64,000 nt of DNA, from contig CAYHAE010000003.1 in the NCBI GenBank assembly GCA_964354545.1, forward strand, positions 25,019 to 89,018, written 5' to 3'. The notes beneath the pieces were generated by a model. The model made no database searches. It saw nothing but the letters and a program-made list of their open reading frames with translations, and had not been told where the DNA came from. Made by a program: the position numbers and the translations under genes. This DNA is from an uncultured Planctomycetia bacterium. GTDB lineage: Bacteria; Omnitrophota; Gorgyraeia; 2-01-FULL-45-10; JAHFGN01. The number at the start of each line of letters is the position of its first letter. Position 1 is the stretch's first letter. Positions 27,001 to 42,000 of this stretch are shown piece by piece.

Positions 27001-30000
27001 GAGACCTCGACCTTCAAGACGCCATGACGGACAACAGCTTCCTCGCCGAGTCGAAGTGGGCGGGCAAGATAAAGATAGAGAATGATAGGGACAACAGGTA
27101 CTCGCTCCGCTTCTATCCCAGGTTCAATATCGCGACCGAGGTCGCGCAGGTCACGGAGCTCACCTATCTGGAGACAGACCTTCTGAGAGACTCAAGGTCC
27201 CTCGAGGAGAGCGACGGCGTGACGTTCTATCAGATCGAGGAGAGGGTTACGCTCGGAGACGAGGCGTTCAACATGACGGCGGTGAACGACCAGCCCGTGC
27301 TTGAGTCGGAATATATCCGGTCCGCCGCGGTGCCCTCGCGAAATGCGATCGTGCTCGCGGACGGCGCGTACGGATATGACTACAAGAGGGTGGGCAGGAC
27401 TTTCGAGTTTACGGACGGATTCAATACGTATAGAAGCGACCCGCAGGGCGAGTTCGTCACCATCCAGGGCAAGACCTACAGGATAACCCTCGATGATATG
27501 GACAAACCTATCCTCGTAGAGCGTCACGCGATGAGCGTAAAACTCTCCGACTGGACACCGACGACTCCGGGGAGGATCAGGGTCACCTCAACGGGCGATG
27601 AGTTCGACGTCACGAAGAACGCCGACGGGACGTTCACCTTCACGGGAACGAAGGGGACATTCACAAGCGTCAAGAGGGCAAAGGTCGGCGGGCTCTTCTA
27701 CGACCTGAGCATCGACCCGGCGAAGAAGGCAGTGACGATGAAGGAGGAACACGCGGCACGGGACCCGATGGATTACGTCATGATCAGGGACGTGAGGACC
27801 GACCACAACAACGTGACTATCGGCTCGCAGATCTCGAATCTCGGTTTTGTCGGCATGTTCAAGGAGGCCTATGACCTCAATGGCGACTACGAAGGCAATT
27901 ACTATGAAGACTGGCCGTTCGGCACCGACACGGGTTATTACGGCAACTATGGCTATCAATCCGGCAACTACACCTATACGGCTGAAGAGCTTGCGCTCCT
28001 CTTTGACCTGCAGTACGGACAACATGAGGACCAGGGTTACTCCAACGAGTGGTTCACGGGCTTCGACTACATGATGATGACGGAGAAGTACGCGGACTAC
28101 GACTATACGGACGATAGGACCGACGCGGTCTACACCTATGACTATTCGACGGGAGAATACGTCACATCCAGTTCCGGTTATCAGATGGGTTCGTTCGGCA
28201 TGGGCGGCGATGCCCTCGCCGGAAGCAAGTACTTCAAAGACGTCTACTCGGACCTCACCTATCAGGGGAACTCCGACCTCTTCTTCCTCACCCCGAACTC
28301 ATCCACGTGGGGGTATTCCGGTGGCGGCTTCAGCGGCGGAAGCCCGATGGGAATGGGAATGGGAGAGGACTCACAGAGGGTAACGTACCAGAGCGCCACG
28401 CGCAACTACTATAATACGACCCAACAGATGGTTCTCTATCAGAACGAGGTGCGCAGGGTGATGGCCCCCGAATACAACGGGGACTACGGCCACTATCTCG
28501 ATGACGGCGTGAAGATCGTCACCGACTTCAACGCCGACCAGAATAGGCGCAAAGGGTTCACGTTCGGAGGGAAGGATTACGACCTCGTCTACGATCCCGA
28601 TACAAAGACGTATACGCTAAAAGAAGCCTACGTATATGACTTGGCGAGCAAGGACCAGAAGTTCGTCGTCGCCGCAACGACCACGGAGCCTCCCGCGACC
28701 GTCTACGGTGTCTATGACGACAAGACCTACCTCTCTTCCGGAGGGTCTCCCGAGAAGTTCGTCATGTCCATCACGGGCAAGGATATGGGCAACATAGGAT
28801 CGGTGCACTATTACAGCCTCAACGACATCATGAACAATCCGACCGTAAGCGCGCTCTTTGGCTATGACCCGCTCGCGCTGGACCGTACCTTTACGGTGAA
28901 CGGCCAGACCTACAGGATCTATGAGAGCTATCCTGACGCGGGACGCTATGTCGTGGAGCGGGAAGGGCCCCGTGACGAATCCGCCGTTGTGCCCAATAGG
29001 GTGATCAAGATAGGCACGGGCATCTATGAGGCTATAAAAGACGTAGACCCAATGGACAGGCCTGACAGCGGCAGGTTCTATTATAAGTTCGTGAAAGGCG
29101 CCGAAGAGATCCTGAGCACCTACAATGACGTGACCGGAAGGTGGGAGGTGAGATTGAACGACGGCAAAGTGTATGAGATGTCGTTCGAGGACCTCACGAA
29201 CGAGATCATCCTGTCCACGCAGTCCGAAAAGAGCGCATATATAGCGACTACCTATACGACAACCAATGTGACAACAGAAACGATCAGAGAGACCATCGAG
29301 GGGTCAGAGAATGGGGACGGAGATCCGGAGGTGATCGAGTTCACCGTCCTCACCAAGGACTACCAGGTCATCGTGGAGAGCCAGACGTTCAACGGCAGAG
29401 TGGTGACGAAGGCCTGGGGCGCGAGCGGCATAGACCCGACGTATGTAAATTCGGTGACGCTGAAGAGGCTCGTGGATGATGGGCATGGCGGAAAGACGCT
29501 CGATGACAAACGATACGACATCTTCGCGTACAAAGCCTCGGTGTCCGAGCCGGATCCTGAATATCCGTGGGAACCGCCGACAATCGTGGAAAAGTACAGG
29601 CTCTATATCGCTTATGAGGTAGGCCCCGGCGTGTACGAGACGAAGGAATTGACCGACTTCGGGACCGTCTACATCGAGGGAGACGGCTACCGCTCATTCC
29701 TCAATAAAGATCCGTCGACGGGCGAGCTGCTCCAGGTGAGCCTCGACAAGATAACCTTGATCAATAAATCCGGCAGCGGACTGAGGCTGAACGATACGCT
29801 CTACATGGTATCAGGGAATAAGGGTACCTACAAGGTCACCGTCGGAGAGGATAAGAGGCACTATGACAGCGGTTACTCCCGAGTGCTTGGTGAGCAGATA
29901 CAGGTGCTCTACCTGCCCGAGGAGTACGAATCCAATCCGTTTGACAATACGGTCATCCTCGACGACGGAATCGCCTATAATGTCATGATCGATCCTGAGC

Positions 30001-33000
30001 ATCCCGAGAGGGCCAACCTCGTCCATCACAATATCAACAGCTTCGATGTTCCTTCCCTGAAGATGGGAGATGCCTACTACATCGTGACCGAGGAGACGGT
30101 CAATGCCCACTCTTTCACCACCGCCTACACGGCGAAACCCAAGAGCTATCAGAGCTTCATAGACCCTGACACGCAGACCGAGATGGTGGAGATAGAGGGT
30201 GACCGCTATACCGTCAAGGATCCTGCCACCCAGAAGATAGCCCTCAAGAAGGTCATCGCGTCGCCGCTCACCACGACTCAGGACAAGGTGGTCGAGCTGG
30301 GAGGCGTGTTCTATCGCGTCGAAGAGTACGGGCCAGACGGCATCCACCTCTTCAGGGACATCCACGATTCAACGGTCGTCTACCCTTCCTCGAAAGACCC
30401 AGACACCCAGAAAGAGACGGTCACGATAGACGGGCTCCTGTACACCGTCACGGTCGACGGCGACGACATATCCCTCTCGGCAACCGGAAAACAGTACGAG
30501 ATCGCGAAGAACGAATTCGTCATCGACGGGAGGTACTACAAGATCGAGTACAAGGACCTTTCGCAATCATATCAATCGTATTACGGTGCCTACAACGTGC
30601 CCAATAAAGTCGGATATTACGTCTTCGACGATTTCACCAAGAAGTACACCTCTGAAAAGGCGGTGAGGCAGTATACCGACTCCTCCACCTTTACTTCGGG
30701 CAAGGGCTTCCTCACCGGCTCGGGTCTCTCGACCTCCTTCTATAAGACGCGGATCACGATCAACCACAAAGACTACTATATAATCTCCAAGGACAGCGAC
30801 CCGTACAAGTTCGCGCTGCAGGAGGCGATCAGCGAGAGCGAGAGCGCGCGATTGATCACGGTGGGCGACGTCACCTACGCGGTGAAGGACGAGATGCCGA
30901 AGAACGAGGACGAAAGCGTCGAATCGAGGTACAGCGACGGCTACATCGAGGGGAGCTACGAGAACTACATCTCAAACGTGAAGTCCAACACCTACTCCTT
31001 CAGCGACGGGACGAAGGTATACTACTCGAATCCTGCCACGGGAGTAGTAGAACTCGGCGACGGGAAGCTCTACGTGGTGAAGGTCGACGACGCAACAGGC
31101 ACCATCACGCTCGAAGAGAAGGATTCGGCGAGCGCCAATGTGCAGGTGCTCAAAGTCGACGGAAGGCTCTATACCGTGACGGTCGATCCGACCGACCCGA
31201 TGCACATGTTCAAGTTCAACGACGGCTACGGCGAATATACCTCTGCAAAGGACACATTCGGCTTCTATACAGACGGCAATACACTCTACTCCGCGCCCGA
31301 CATATATGAGAACAACACGCAGGGGATGAAGGGCCGGGAGACGAGGGAGAATTTCGAGGGTTACACGAAGGAGAACCTCTTCGGCAAACAGTGGGACTAT
31401 CGGACATATTGGATGGGAGGCGATCAGTCCACGGAAGTGCAGAAGTATTCAAGGAACGAGATGAACTACAAGTTCACCATCGCCCAGGACGGCGAATACG
31501 ATGTGGGGCTCTTCGCCAAGACGTACGAGAATATGGAGTCGCCTCTCAGGAGGAGGCTCGAGGGGTGGAGTACGTATCGCGACGAACCGCCCACGGACGT
31601 GAACTACATCTTCCAGGTATGGGTGGACGGACTGTCGAGGGGTACCTTCTCCCTCACTGTGGACGACAAGGACTTCAAGAAGGGCTTCATCAAGCTCAAC
31701 CTCGATGCGGGAGAGCACGACATAAAGATAAGCTGGGACCTCCCGGCGAAAGCGGGCGAGCAATATGATGAGGAGATGTGGGGGATGACGAATTACTACA
31801 GCCAGAGAGACCTCTTCGGGGACCTGAGCCTCCAGGTGAAGGACGTATTTATAGGCGCGCCGGAGATAGACAAGGCCGATCTGAACGGCGACCTCAAGGT
31901 GGATGGCGCAGACCTCGCTATCCTTACGGCAAATCTGAACAAGACGGGGAAGGTGAGCGAGATGTACCGGGACGAGGTGATCCGGCTCAACAACAAGTTC
32001 TATTACTATACGGACAACGGCGATAATACGTTCACCTTTACCGGAGCGGAGGGCGCCGCGACGAGCACTCTGAACCGCAAGGTGATGATAGACGGCACCA
32101 CGTATAACGTCTACACGTTTGAGCGCGCTCGAGACGTCACGGAGGACGATGGCAGCCGCGACCACTACTTCTCACTCGGCGGGACGGTCTACTACATCGT
32201 GAAGATAGACGATCATATGTACGGGGCGTATGAGTTGCGGAACGGGGCGAGCGTCATCACCGTGAATTACGATTGGGATAGAAGCGGATACTACGTCACC
32301 CTCGACCAGGAATATGAGATCGAGAGTCTCGTGTCACAGCCCGTGAAGTACATCATGCTGAAGGAGTACGCCCTCGCGAGCGCCATAATCGCGGATAAGA
32401 TAATCGAGGTGGCGGGCACAAGGTACCTCGTGACCGCAAATCCTGACGGCTCGTTCAACTTCGACGACCAGCATAATCCTATCGTCACCTCGGACGGCCC
32501 CACGGGCAGGATCATCCTCAACAATACACTCCTCTACCTCTCGTCCGATCCGATGACCAAGGACGTGACGCTCGACGAGATCATACTGAACGGGAAACCG
32601 CTTGCCACCTCCAAGATCATGCAGGTCGGAGGGAAGTTCTACGGCGTCGAGAAGGTATTTACGGGCAGAGGCACCCAGTTCACCTACAGGTTCTATTCCG
32701 ACCTCTCGGCGTATGAAGATGCGGTCATGGAGAACGACACGAGAGGCACTGTCATCCTGGACGGCAGGAACTACATCCTCAGCGTTGACGGAAACGGAGC
32801 CATCACATTGCAGGAGGCGCTCATCGCCGTGGAGTCCGTCACTAAACAGAAGATAAATATAGGAGGGACAGAGTATCTCATCATCGATAACGGGGACGGG
32901 ACGTTCACCTTCGGCTCACGCTACGACGCCTTCACGAGCGCCGCCGACGATTCAGTCCAGATCAACGGCCAGGTCTACTACATCTTCACCAACCGCACGA

Positions 33001-36000
33001 CAGGGACGTTCTCGCTTATCAAAGAGATGCCCATAAGGAGCGAGGCAGCGGGAGACCTGGCGGTCGTCATACCGACGAAGATCTACGGAGAGACGGCGAA
33101 GAGCTATATCTTCGAAGAGACGACGCCCGGGATATATCAGTTCTACGACGCGGACAAGAACCCTGTCGCGACGAGCACGCCGGAAAAGACCATCACGCTC
33201 AACTCAATTATGTACGATATCACGATCGAGGGCGCAGGCCTTGTGCTCACCGAGAGGCCTCTTGAGAGCGTCGCGGTAGACGGCAAATTCCTCCCCACGT
33301 ACGCCCCCGACGGGAAGAGCTATGCGCGGATCTATACGGTGACCGAGGTCTCTCCCGGAGTATTCGTATTCGATGACGGCCATACCCAGACCCCGAGCCA
33401 GCCCGACAACACCGTCAGGCTGGATGACATCGTCTATGAGATATCAAAGGCGGGCGAGAGGATCATGCTCGCCAAGAAGCCGCTCAGGTCCGTGACGGCA
33501 ACTGACGTTCAATCGGTAAAACTGGACGGCGTCCAGTACGACGTGACGACGGTCGCAGAGAAGTACGTCTTCTCAGACGGCATCAATCCTTCCGTGACCT
33601 CGCCCGATAATCTGACGGTGACGCTCAAGGGACACGACTATAAGATAGAGCTCGTGAGCGACAAGATAGTGCTTTCAGAGCTTGTCCAGACGATAAACAT
33701 TGCCGCAGCGAACTGGATAATGGTGGGCACCACGTATTTCCTCGTCACCAAGGGTACCGGTGTGGGTGAGTACATACTGGACGACGGGACGACTACATGG
33801 AACGTAGTCGTGGGAGGCACCTATAACATCATGGGCATTACCTACCTGGTACTCGAGAACGCCACGCAGGACTTCGTATTGAAGAGCCAGCGGATAACGG
33901 TGGGGACGAGCGCCACAGGCACGTTCATAAAAGTGGACAGCGACATCCTGAGGGTCACGCAGGCAGGGAGCATCTACACGTTCAATGACGGGGTCCAGGA
34001 TGTAGGGAGCGGACAGATCGGCCAGACGATCAACTGGCACAATATGACATTCACGATCAAAGGGACGGGTCTCTCCGACATCAAGCTGGATGGGGGCACT
34101 GTGGTCTCATCGAACCACCAGTGCTATACGAGCACCTTTAACTACGAGTACGGCGGCATTTATATAAACGGACTGCAATACGCGTGGGTATGGTGGTTCA
34201 GCGCAGGGGAGCACTTCTCTTTCACTCGCAGCGGCCACACGGATTACGCCGAGGAGCGGGGCGGTATCTGGTATGTGACGATAGACACCACCGAGTACCA
34301 GGTCGAAGGGGATCCTTCTTACACAGGCAGCCCCTATCCTCACTACTTCGAGTTGAGAGAAGGGATTCCGCCCTCTACGCGTGTCACCGTGCCCGCAATG
34401 GTCTACGCGAATGACTACTATGCCTTGAGCGGGACGGCGGGCTCCTACATCATGGATAATGCTGCCTCTGTCATAACGTTCGACGCGGACAACAAGACGA
34501 CCCTCGGCGGTAAGCCCTATCAGATCACAGGGACATATCCGAGCGCCCTGGTTCTGGAAGGGCCTGCCTCCGACTCCGTTCACATATCCGACACCCAGAT
34601 CATCCTCGAAGGCACCACGTACACGATCTCCTACAGCGACAGCACCTATACCCTCGATGACGGGGCAGGCCACGTCTACACCGCGCAGGTCGGCACGCCG
34701 GTCGTCATAAATGACATCGCCTACGACGTCTTCGGTTCGGGCGACAACAACATAAGCCTCGAGACGACGATACCCGGAGTTGCGAGCACGAGGGTCACCG
34801 ACAGGGTGCTGAATGTCGCCGGCAACCTCGTCTCGGTCACATTCGACGGCTCGTCCTTCACCTTCCACAACGGCCGCGAGGTAATGGGAAGCAGCATGAT
34901 AGGCGGGTCGTTCGTCTATGGAGGGAAATCGTACAGGGTCACGGGCACAAGCCTCGCCGATGTGCAGCTTGAGAAGTTGAATATTGTGACCATGTACAGC
35001 CATACTACGTCTACCAGTCCGACAACCCCACCGTATACCTCTGCATCCGGCAGTTTCGAGAAAGGCGGCGAGCCATGGGGATGGATGTATTACGACTACG
35101 GCGACGGCGATCGGTCTCTCACCATCAGCCGGTACTCAACAATGTATTCAGCGGGCTATGACTCGGAAACCCACACATGGTGGGTAGACGTAAATCTTGT
35201 CTATTATGAGGTCGAGGGCGATCCTGCCATGGGCGCGATCGACTTGAGGGCATGGGTGACGAGCACCCTCGAAACCGGTTCCGTGATACGGTTCAGGGAC
35301 GACCTCTATACGTTCACAGGCACGACCGGCAGTTATGCGATCAATGACGGGACCGCCACGTGGCCCTTTGACGCCTCCGATGAAGCCACCTTCGGTAATA
35401 TGCGATACAACGTGACGGCACCGGAGGAGATAACGGGTCCTTATGCTACTTCCATAAAGGCGGCGAACAACGTCATCGCCGTGAAGGGGAAGAGATATTT
35501 CGTGCAATTCGATGATTTCAGCCTTCGTTATATGTTCATAAATAACACCGACTTCCACATAAGCGAATATTTCACTGACTTGGTGGATTTCGGCGACGGC
35601 GATATCTACAAGGCCTCCGGAAGGGAGAATGCGGTGCTCACCAGGGTCCTCGTCTCAGACATCAATAATGACGGCAGCGTGACGGTAGCTGACGAGACCA
35701 TCATCATGACCGCACTCACAGGCGACTACGTCCTTGCCGCAGACCTGGACCACGACGGGAACATAGACTGGAACGATGTCGACATCTTCAGGCGCGAGAG
35801 GGATTCGACCGGATACTGGCAGAAGATGGACGTCGATGGGACGGTCTACTATGCGACGCGGCGCACCGACGGCATCTACCGGTTCTTCGACCTGGTCAAT
35901 TCGCCTGTGGATGCGAACGCGACCAACTCGAGGGTCGCCCTGAAAGGCATCGAATACATCATGAGCATCAACGGCGGGACCGGTGAGCTCAGCCTTGTCG

Positions 36001-39000
36001 AGGATAGAAAGGCGGACCTCAACAACGACGGGAACCTCGATGACTACGACAGGACCATCCTGCAGAACGCGATGGGGTCGTGCTACATCCCGCCTAAGGA
36101 CGGAACGGATTTCACCACTACGTCCCAATATGTAGATGAATACCTCTTCCTGGAGGATGCTTTCATGCACTGGGGCGATGACGCCATGGCAGATGGAGGC
36201 GGCGACCCGGCTTATCCGCGATACCTCGACTACATCTTTACCACGACCAGCGCGGGTAACTTCGATATCGGCCTCGATGTGAAGGCAGCAGGCAGCTGGA
36301 GGAACGACTACATACCTCCGGCCAGCTATTCCTACAATATAGAGGTCTATGTGGACGGACAGAGTATCGGGACCCTCTGGATCTCTGCAACCGGCGATGC
36401 CTACTCCGAAGGCCTTATAAATCTGGACTTGAGCGCGGGCAGCCACACAGTACGGTTCGAGTGGCACAACCTCGACCAGATGGTCGCGCTCAGGATCGGA
36501 AGGATGGTTCTGAGGTCGGGCAATTACGACGCGAACGCGGATATCAATCAGGACCTGAGGGTCGATGAGCTCGATGCCGCGATCTTCAACGAGCAGTTCA
36601 AGTCCACCACGGACGGGGAGCTCATCACGCTGAGGAACGACAGGTTCTATGTGACCAAAGCGGGAACGACCTATAGATTCGATGACGTGGGCAGGATCCT
36701 CGCGACAGAGGATAGCGCTGTCACCAGTTACCACACAGAAGGCCGCTTCGAAATGAGCACATTTTCGACGTCAGTCTCGTGGAGCTACGATGGGACGAAC
36801 CTCACGATGTCGTATTACGATTTCATGCATGCTCATGGCCAGGTAACGACGGATGCGTACAAGGTGAGCAACACCTGGTACGTGGAGATAGCGGGTACCG
36901 TCTACAAGGTCCTCGGCGACCCCTCGCGCGAGGCAATAAATCTTGACAACGCAGGGCAGCTCTCATCGGCTAACAGCAGGGTGACGCTCAACAGGAGGTC
37001 CGGCCATTTCGTCTTCTACGGGAACCTGTGGAACTGGTCCTATGAATATAACGGGACGACCGAGACGCTCACCGTAAAGGACGCCGTTGCATATAAGAGG
37101 AACAGTACCTGGTACGTGGACCTCGCGGCGGGACCCGTCACCACCACTTACGAGGTCTCAGGCAACCCGTCCGTCGATGCCATCAATTTAAAAGTCGCGC
37201 CGATCTACAGCGTGCCGGACGGAAGTATGGTGAACCTCGGTGGGCAGGACTTCTTCATAACGCTCGTTGGGGACAAGGTGAAGCTCACCGAGGACCAGAT
37301 CGCGGACGTGAACGGCGACTTCAAGGTGGACACGCTCGATGAGCAGGCAATAACCAGCGTGCTCAACTCCTCCTTGATCCCCGATAAGGCGGCCAAGAAT
37401 GTGTTTGGCGCTTATGGGACTGACTGGGTAGGGTTCTATTGGCCTACGGGTGAAGATTCGATGGTCGCTTACCATGACGGGGATCATGGTCCGGAGCCGG
37501 GAGACGAGCCGGAGCACTTCCTCACCTATGAGTTCGACGTAAACGGTGCAGGGAACTACGACCTCGGGTTCACCGCGAGGGCGCGTAACGGAACTACGCT
37601 GCCCGACGGCTATACGAGCTATGCGATAGAGGTCTTCATAGACGGTGTCTCGGCGGGCGTTATCAACGTCGTAGCAGACCAGGAATACCAGACAGGGACG
37701 AAGAACCTTGCGATCCAGCGGGGCATTCACAGGATAAAGTTCAAGTGGGCGAATCCCGTGGACTTCTCCAATATTGAGATAGGCAGGGTCTTCGTGAGGG
37801 ACACCCAGTACGATGCGGTCTTCGACCTCAATAAGGATAAGAAGATAGATTACCTCGACCTCGACCTCTTCGATACCTATCGGGTCAGAACAGACGGGTC
37901 GCAGCACATACGGTTGGAAGGGACAGAGTATTTCGCGAAGAGACAGAGGGACGGTTCCTACCGCTTCGACGACGGGGTCACGACGCCTGCTGTAAGCGAC
38001 CCCGCCACGCACAAGGTCACGCTCGAGGGCCACGACTTCTTCATCGTCATCGATAGGTCCACGGGTAAGATGGAGCTCGTGCAGGACATGGACATCGACA
38101 TCACGAACGACGGTCTCATCGACAAGAACGACGACATAGCGATGCAGAACGCCATGACCGCGTTGCAGCAAAAGAAAGGCGCGCAGGAGTACAGGAGATT
38201 GAGCGCCGTGAAAGACCCGTCGTATCCGTACGGCTGGGGGTGGACGGTCCTCGGCGATTCGATCGAGGAAGGCGAGAGCGAACGGATGATGTACATGGAA
38301 GGCTTTGGCCAAGCCCTGTGGGCGGAATACAAGTTCTACGTAGAAAAGGAAGGGGATTACCAGGTCGGCCTGTCAGCGCAGAACCTCACCGAGAACACGA
38401 AACCGATCGACTGGAAGAGCTGGGATAACGTGAATAACCTCTCGACCCCGATATTCACCCAGGAAGGCACTATGCAGATGAATATACTGCGCAGGAACCC
38501 TTACTTCTACTTCGGCAATCAATCGTGGGGATACTGGATGAACAGGGTCTTCGATCCTGAGACGAAATCATGGGTGCAGGAGACCCTCGGCATCGATCCC
38601 ACGATGAAGGTCGTGAAGATAAGGATGCGCTCGAACAACGGGACGAAGGCCAAGGTCTACTGGAACAGGGAAACGGATCAGCAGGGCGTCTGGTCTGAAG
38701 ACAGGTCAGACTGGTTCATGATCAACGCGGACAACGAGATGCACACCTATACCTTGGACTTCACGGACAATCCAAACTGGAGCGGGAAGATAACCGAACT
38801 GAGGATAGACCCTGTTGAAGACGAAACGGTCGAGGTAGGCGCTATCGAGATAGAGTCGATAAGCATCCACATGACACGCGACTCTGGCCCCGTGAAGGTA
38901 TGGGGCGTCAATCCTAACGCCACGGAGCCCGCGTCGTTCTACTTCGCGGTCCATACTGACGGCAACACGGACGCCTATCAGCTGGGCGACATCAAGGGAT

Positions 39001-42000
39001 ACGCGAAGGTGACGTGGGACAACGAGGAATACCGGCGCGGAGCCGCGGAGGTCCACCTCACGCCCGGCTGGCACAGCGTCGTCTACGAGTGGCTCAACGA
39101 TTACGGGATCGAATCCCGGATATCGGTGAAGGACGTTTTCATAGCCCAGGTCAACGAGAAGGCGGACTTCAACAAGGACCTCTGGATCGACGAGACGGAC
39201 TACACGCTCTATAGTTCGAAGAAGGCGGTGAACCTCTCGTCCGACTCCGTAGACCTCGGCGGGAAGTACTACAACATGGCGAAGACCGCGGACGGGAAGG
39301 CGTTCGAGCTCACCACGTTCAAGGACGGCTCCGCCACGTTCACGAGCGACGTCTACACGAAGAGGGTGCGGATCAACGATGCCGACTTCGTCGTCATCTT
39401 GGACCGTACCACGGGAGGGGTGAAGCTCGGCCAGCCGAGCTTGGAATCGACGAGACGCGCAGACTCCGCACTCACCGTCCAGGGAGGGCGCTATGAAGTA
39501 TTGGAATTCCCGGACAGCACGTTCACCTTCACGAAGACCGATACGATATCCGAAGAGACGAGCAAGGTGGTCGTCGACAACGGCGTCACCCGCAACATCA
39601 AGGTCGTCATGGTGAACGGGATCGAATACGAGATATTGCAGCACCTGGATGGCCGCATCTCGCTCATCTCCCGCGAGATGGAGCCGGTGAGCGCGTACTC
39701 GAACGCGAGCAGCGCAAAATCGAAATTCGTGGTCGACGGCGTTGAGGTGTACGACGGTTACTGGAAGAATGGATTCAACTTCGTGGCGATAGATCCGAGG
39801 ACGAAAGAGCTCACACTGAGGAACTTCGATATCGCCACCGACGCCAACCTCAACGCGGAGATGATACGGTTCATCAACGGGCTGCCGAGGGGTACGCACG
39901 TGCTCGTGTCGATCCAGCAAGACGGGTACACGCACCTGTGGAACGAGACGCGCCTTGCGTTCCAATCCCTGGGGAGCGAGTTCGCCCGATACATAGATTC
40001 GACGAATGACAGGTGGGTGCTGATAGGGAGGAAGGGTGCAGAGATAGGCAGCGTGCCCGAGACCCTCACCCAGGGTAATACCCTGGCAACGTTAGATTCA
40101 CAGGTTACGATCGTCGGCAACAAGGTCTGGACGAGCATGGAAGACAAGGGCAACATAATCCTCATCGACGGAGAGAAGTACGCGCTGCGCACCGTGGACG
40201 AGAAGCTCACCATCATGAAAGATACCGCTTCCACAAGCTTCAAGGACATTGACGACGGAAAGACAAAAGTAGACATAGGCGGGACCGTCTATGAAATGAC
40301 AAAAGAGACAGACGGGAGCGTGACGCTCACCTTCGGCGCCGAGACGAGCACCAAAGTCGCAGACGAGGTGATCGACATCGCGGGGACCGCATACGACGTG
40401 ACTGTGAGCGGGAACGTGTATACGTTCTCAGACGGCGTCAACCCGACGTCCACAAGCGCGGGGAACTACGTGGAGCTTTCCGGGGTTACCTATGAGATCA
40501 TCCCGCAGGCAGACGGCGGGATACTGTTGCGCAGAAGGGATATGCCCCAGTATGCGGAAGTCACCGACGCCTCGCAGTACCTCATTACGCTCGACGGCAC
40601 TGTCTACTACGCGACGCCCATCGACAATCCACAGCCTCCGCCCGCGAAACTCTACACCTTCTCGGACGGCACAAATACCTTCACTTCCTTTATGGACGGC
40701 GCGGTGCAGAAGGTGCAGATCAACGACCTCGTATACGAGGTCTCCCTGGACAGGAAGGGCAATGTCATGCTGCGCCACCTCGAGGCGATGAGCTCGAACG
40801 TCGCGGACCAGCAGGTCACGATCGAAGGGAGGCCCTTCTACATCCTCACTAATGACGATGGGACCTTTACGTTCACCAATATCACGGCGGACGAGGTCTA
40901 CACGTCCCGATTCGAGACCGACGGCACCAACCTCATACCTGTGGCCGACATCGAGATGAAGGACGGGACGTATTCCACCTTCGAGATCTTCCAGGACTAT
41001 TCGACGGGAACCGTCACGCTCACCGAGCGGGTGACGCCTGCCGAGTCCGATGTGAACAAACTGGTGACGCTCAAGGGCGAGACGTACCAGATGAAGAAGA
41101 TCGGCACACGCGGCGTCTACGCGTTCATCGATAAGTATGGAGCGGAGAAGTGGACGAGGCTCCTGAACGAGACGCGGCTCATAGAGCTCGGCGGATATAC
41201 CTACGAGATCAAGGACAACACGAAGCTCAAGCTCGAGCAGCCCAGGCTGGTGGACAAGGTGATGCTGATCGGCGATTTCGACGGCAACGGGCGGATCGAC
41301 CTGCAGGACGTGAGCGCCTTCGTGAGGATCGGAGGGTACTATAAGGATGTGAACGGCGACGGCTCCGTTGACGACCTGGATGTTGAGGCCCTGAGGAGGA
41401 TCATATGGTTCCAGACCGTCGGCATCGTCACCCCGCAGAATATCGCCTCGCTCATGAAGAGGGCCGATGTGAACAAGGACAAGGTGGTGGACTTCAGGGA
41501 CGCGAACGACCTGATGGAGGTGGTGTACAATAGGTACGACATCGGCGGCAGCGACGATGCGGACGGGGACAGGATAGCGGACGCGATCGAGACCGCCCTC
41601 TACGGGGACCTCTCGGTCGACATGTCCCAGGAAGGCATCGCGACCGACTCGGACGGCGATACCATCGCTGACATCGTCGAAAAGCTCACCTATGGGGACC
41701 TCACCTGCGACACGATCGCCGATGCAGACGGCGACGGTATCGACGATACCCTCGAGGTGAAGATATGGGGTTCCACGATCGCGACAAACTCGCTCTCATA
41801 TGATTCTGATCACGACGGCGTCGCCGACATCGTCGAGGTGCTCCTCTACGGCGACCTCACCACCGCGGCTCAGGGCGATGACCTGGACAGGGACGGAGTT
41901 GCAGACGCGATCGAGTCTGCCATCTACGACAGCCTCTCGGCCGACATGTTCGAGAATGGCATCGCGACCGATTCGGACGGAGACGGGATAGCGGACATCG

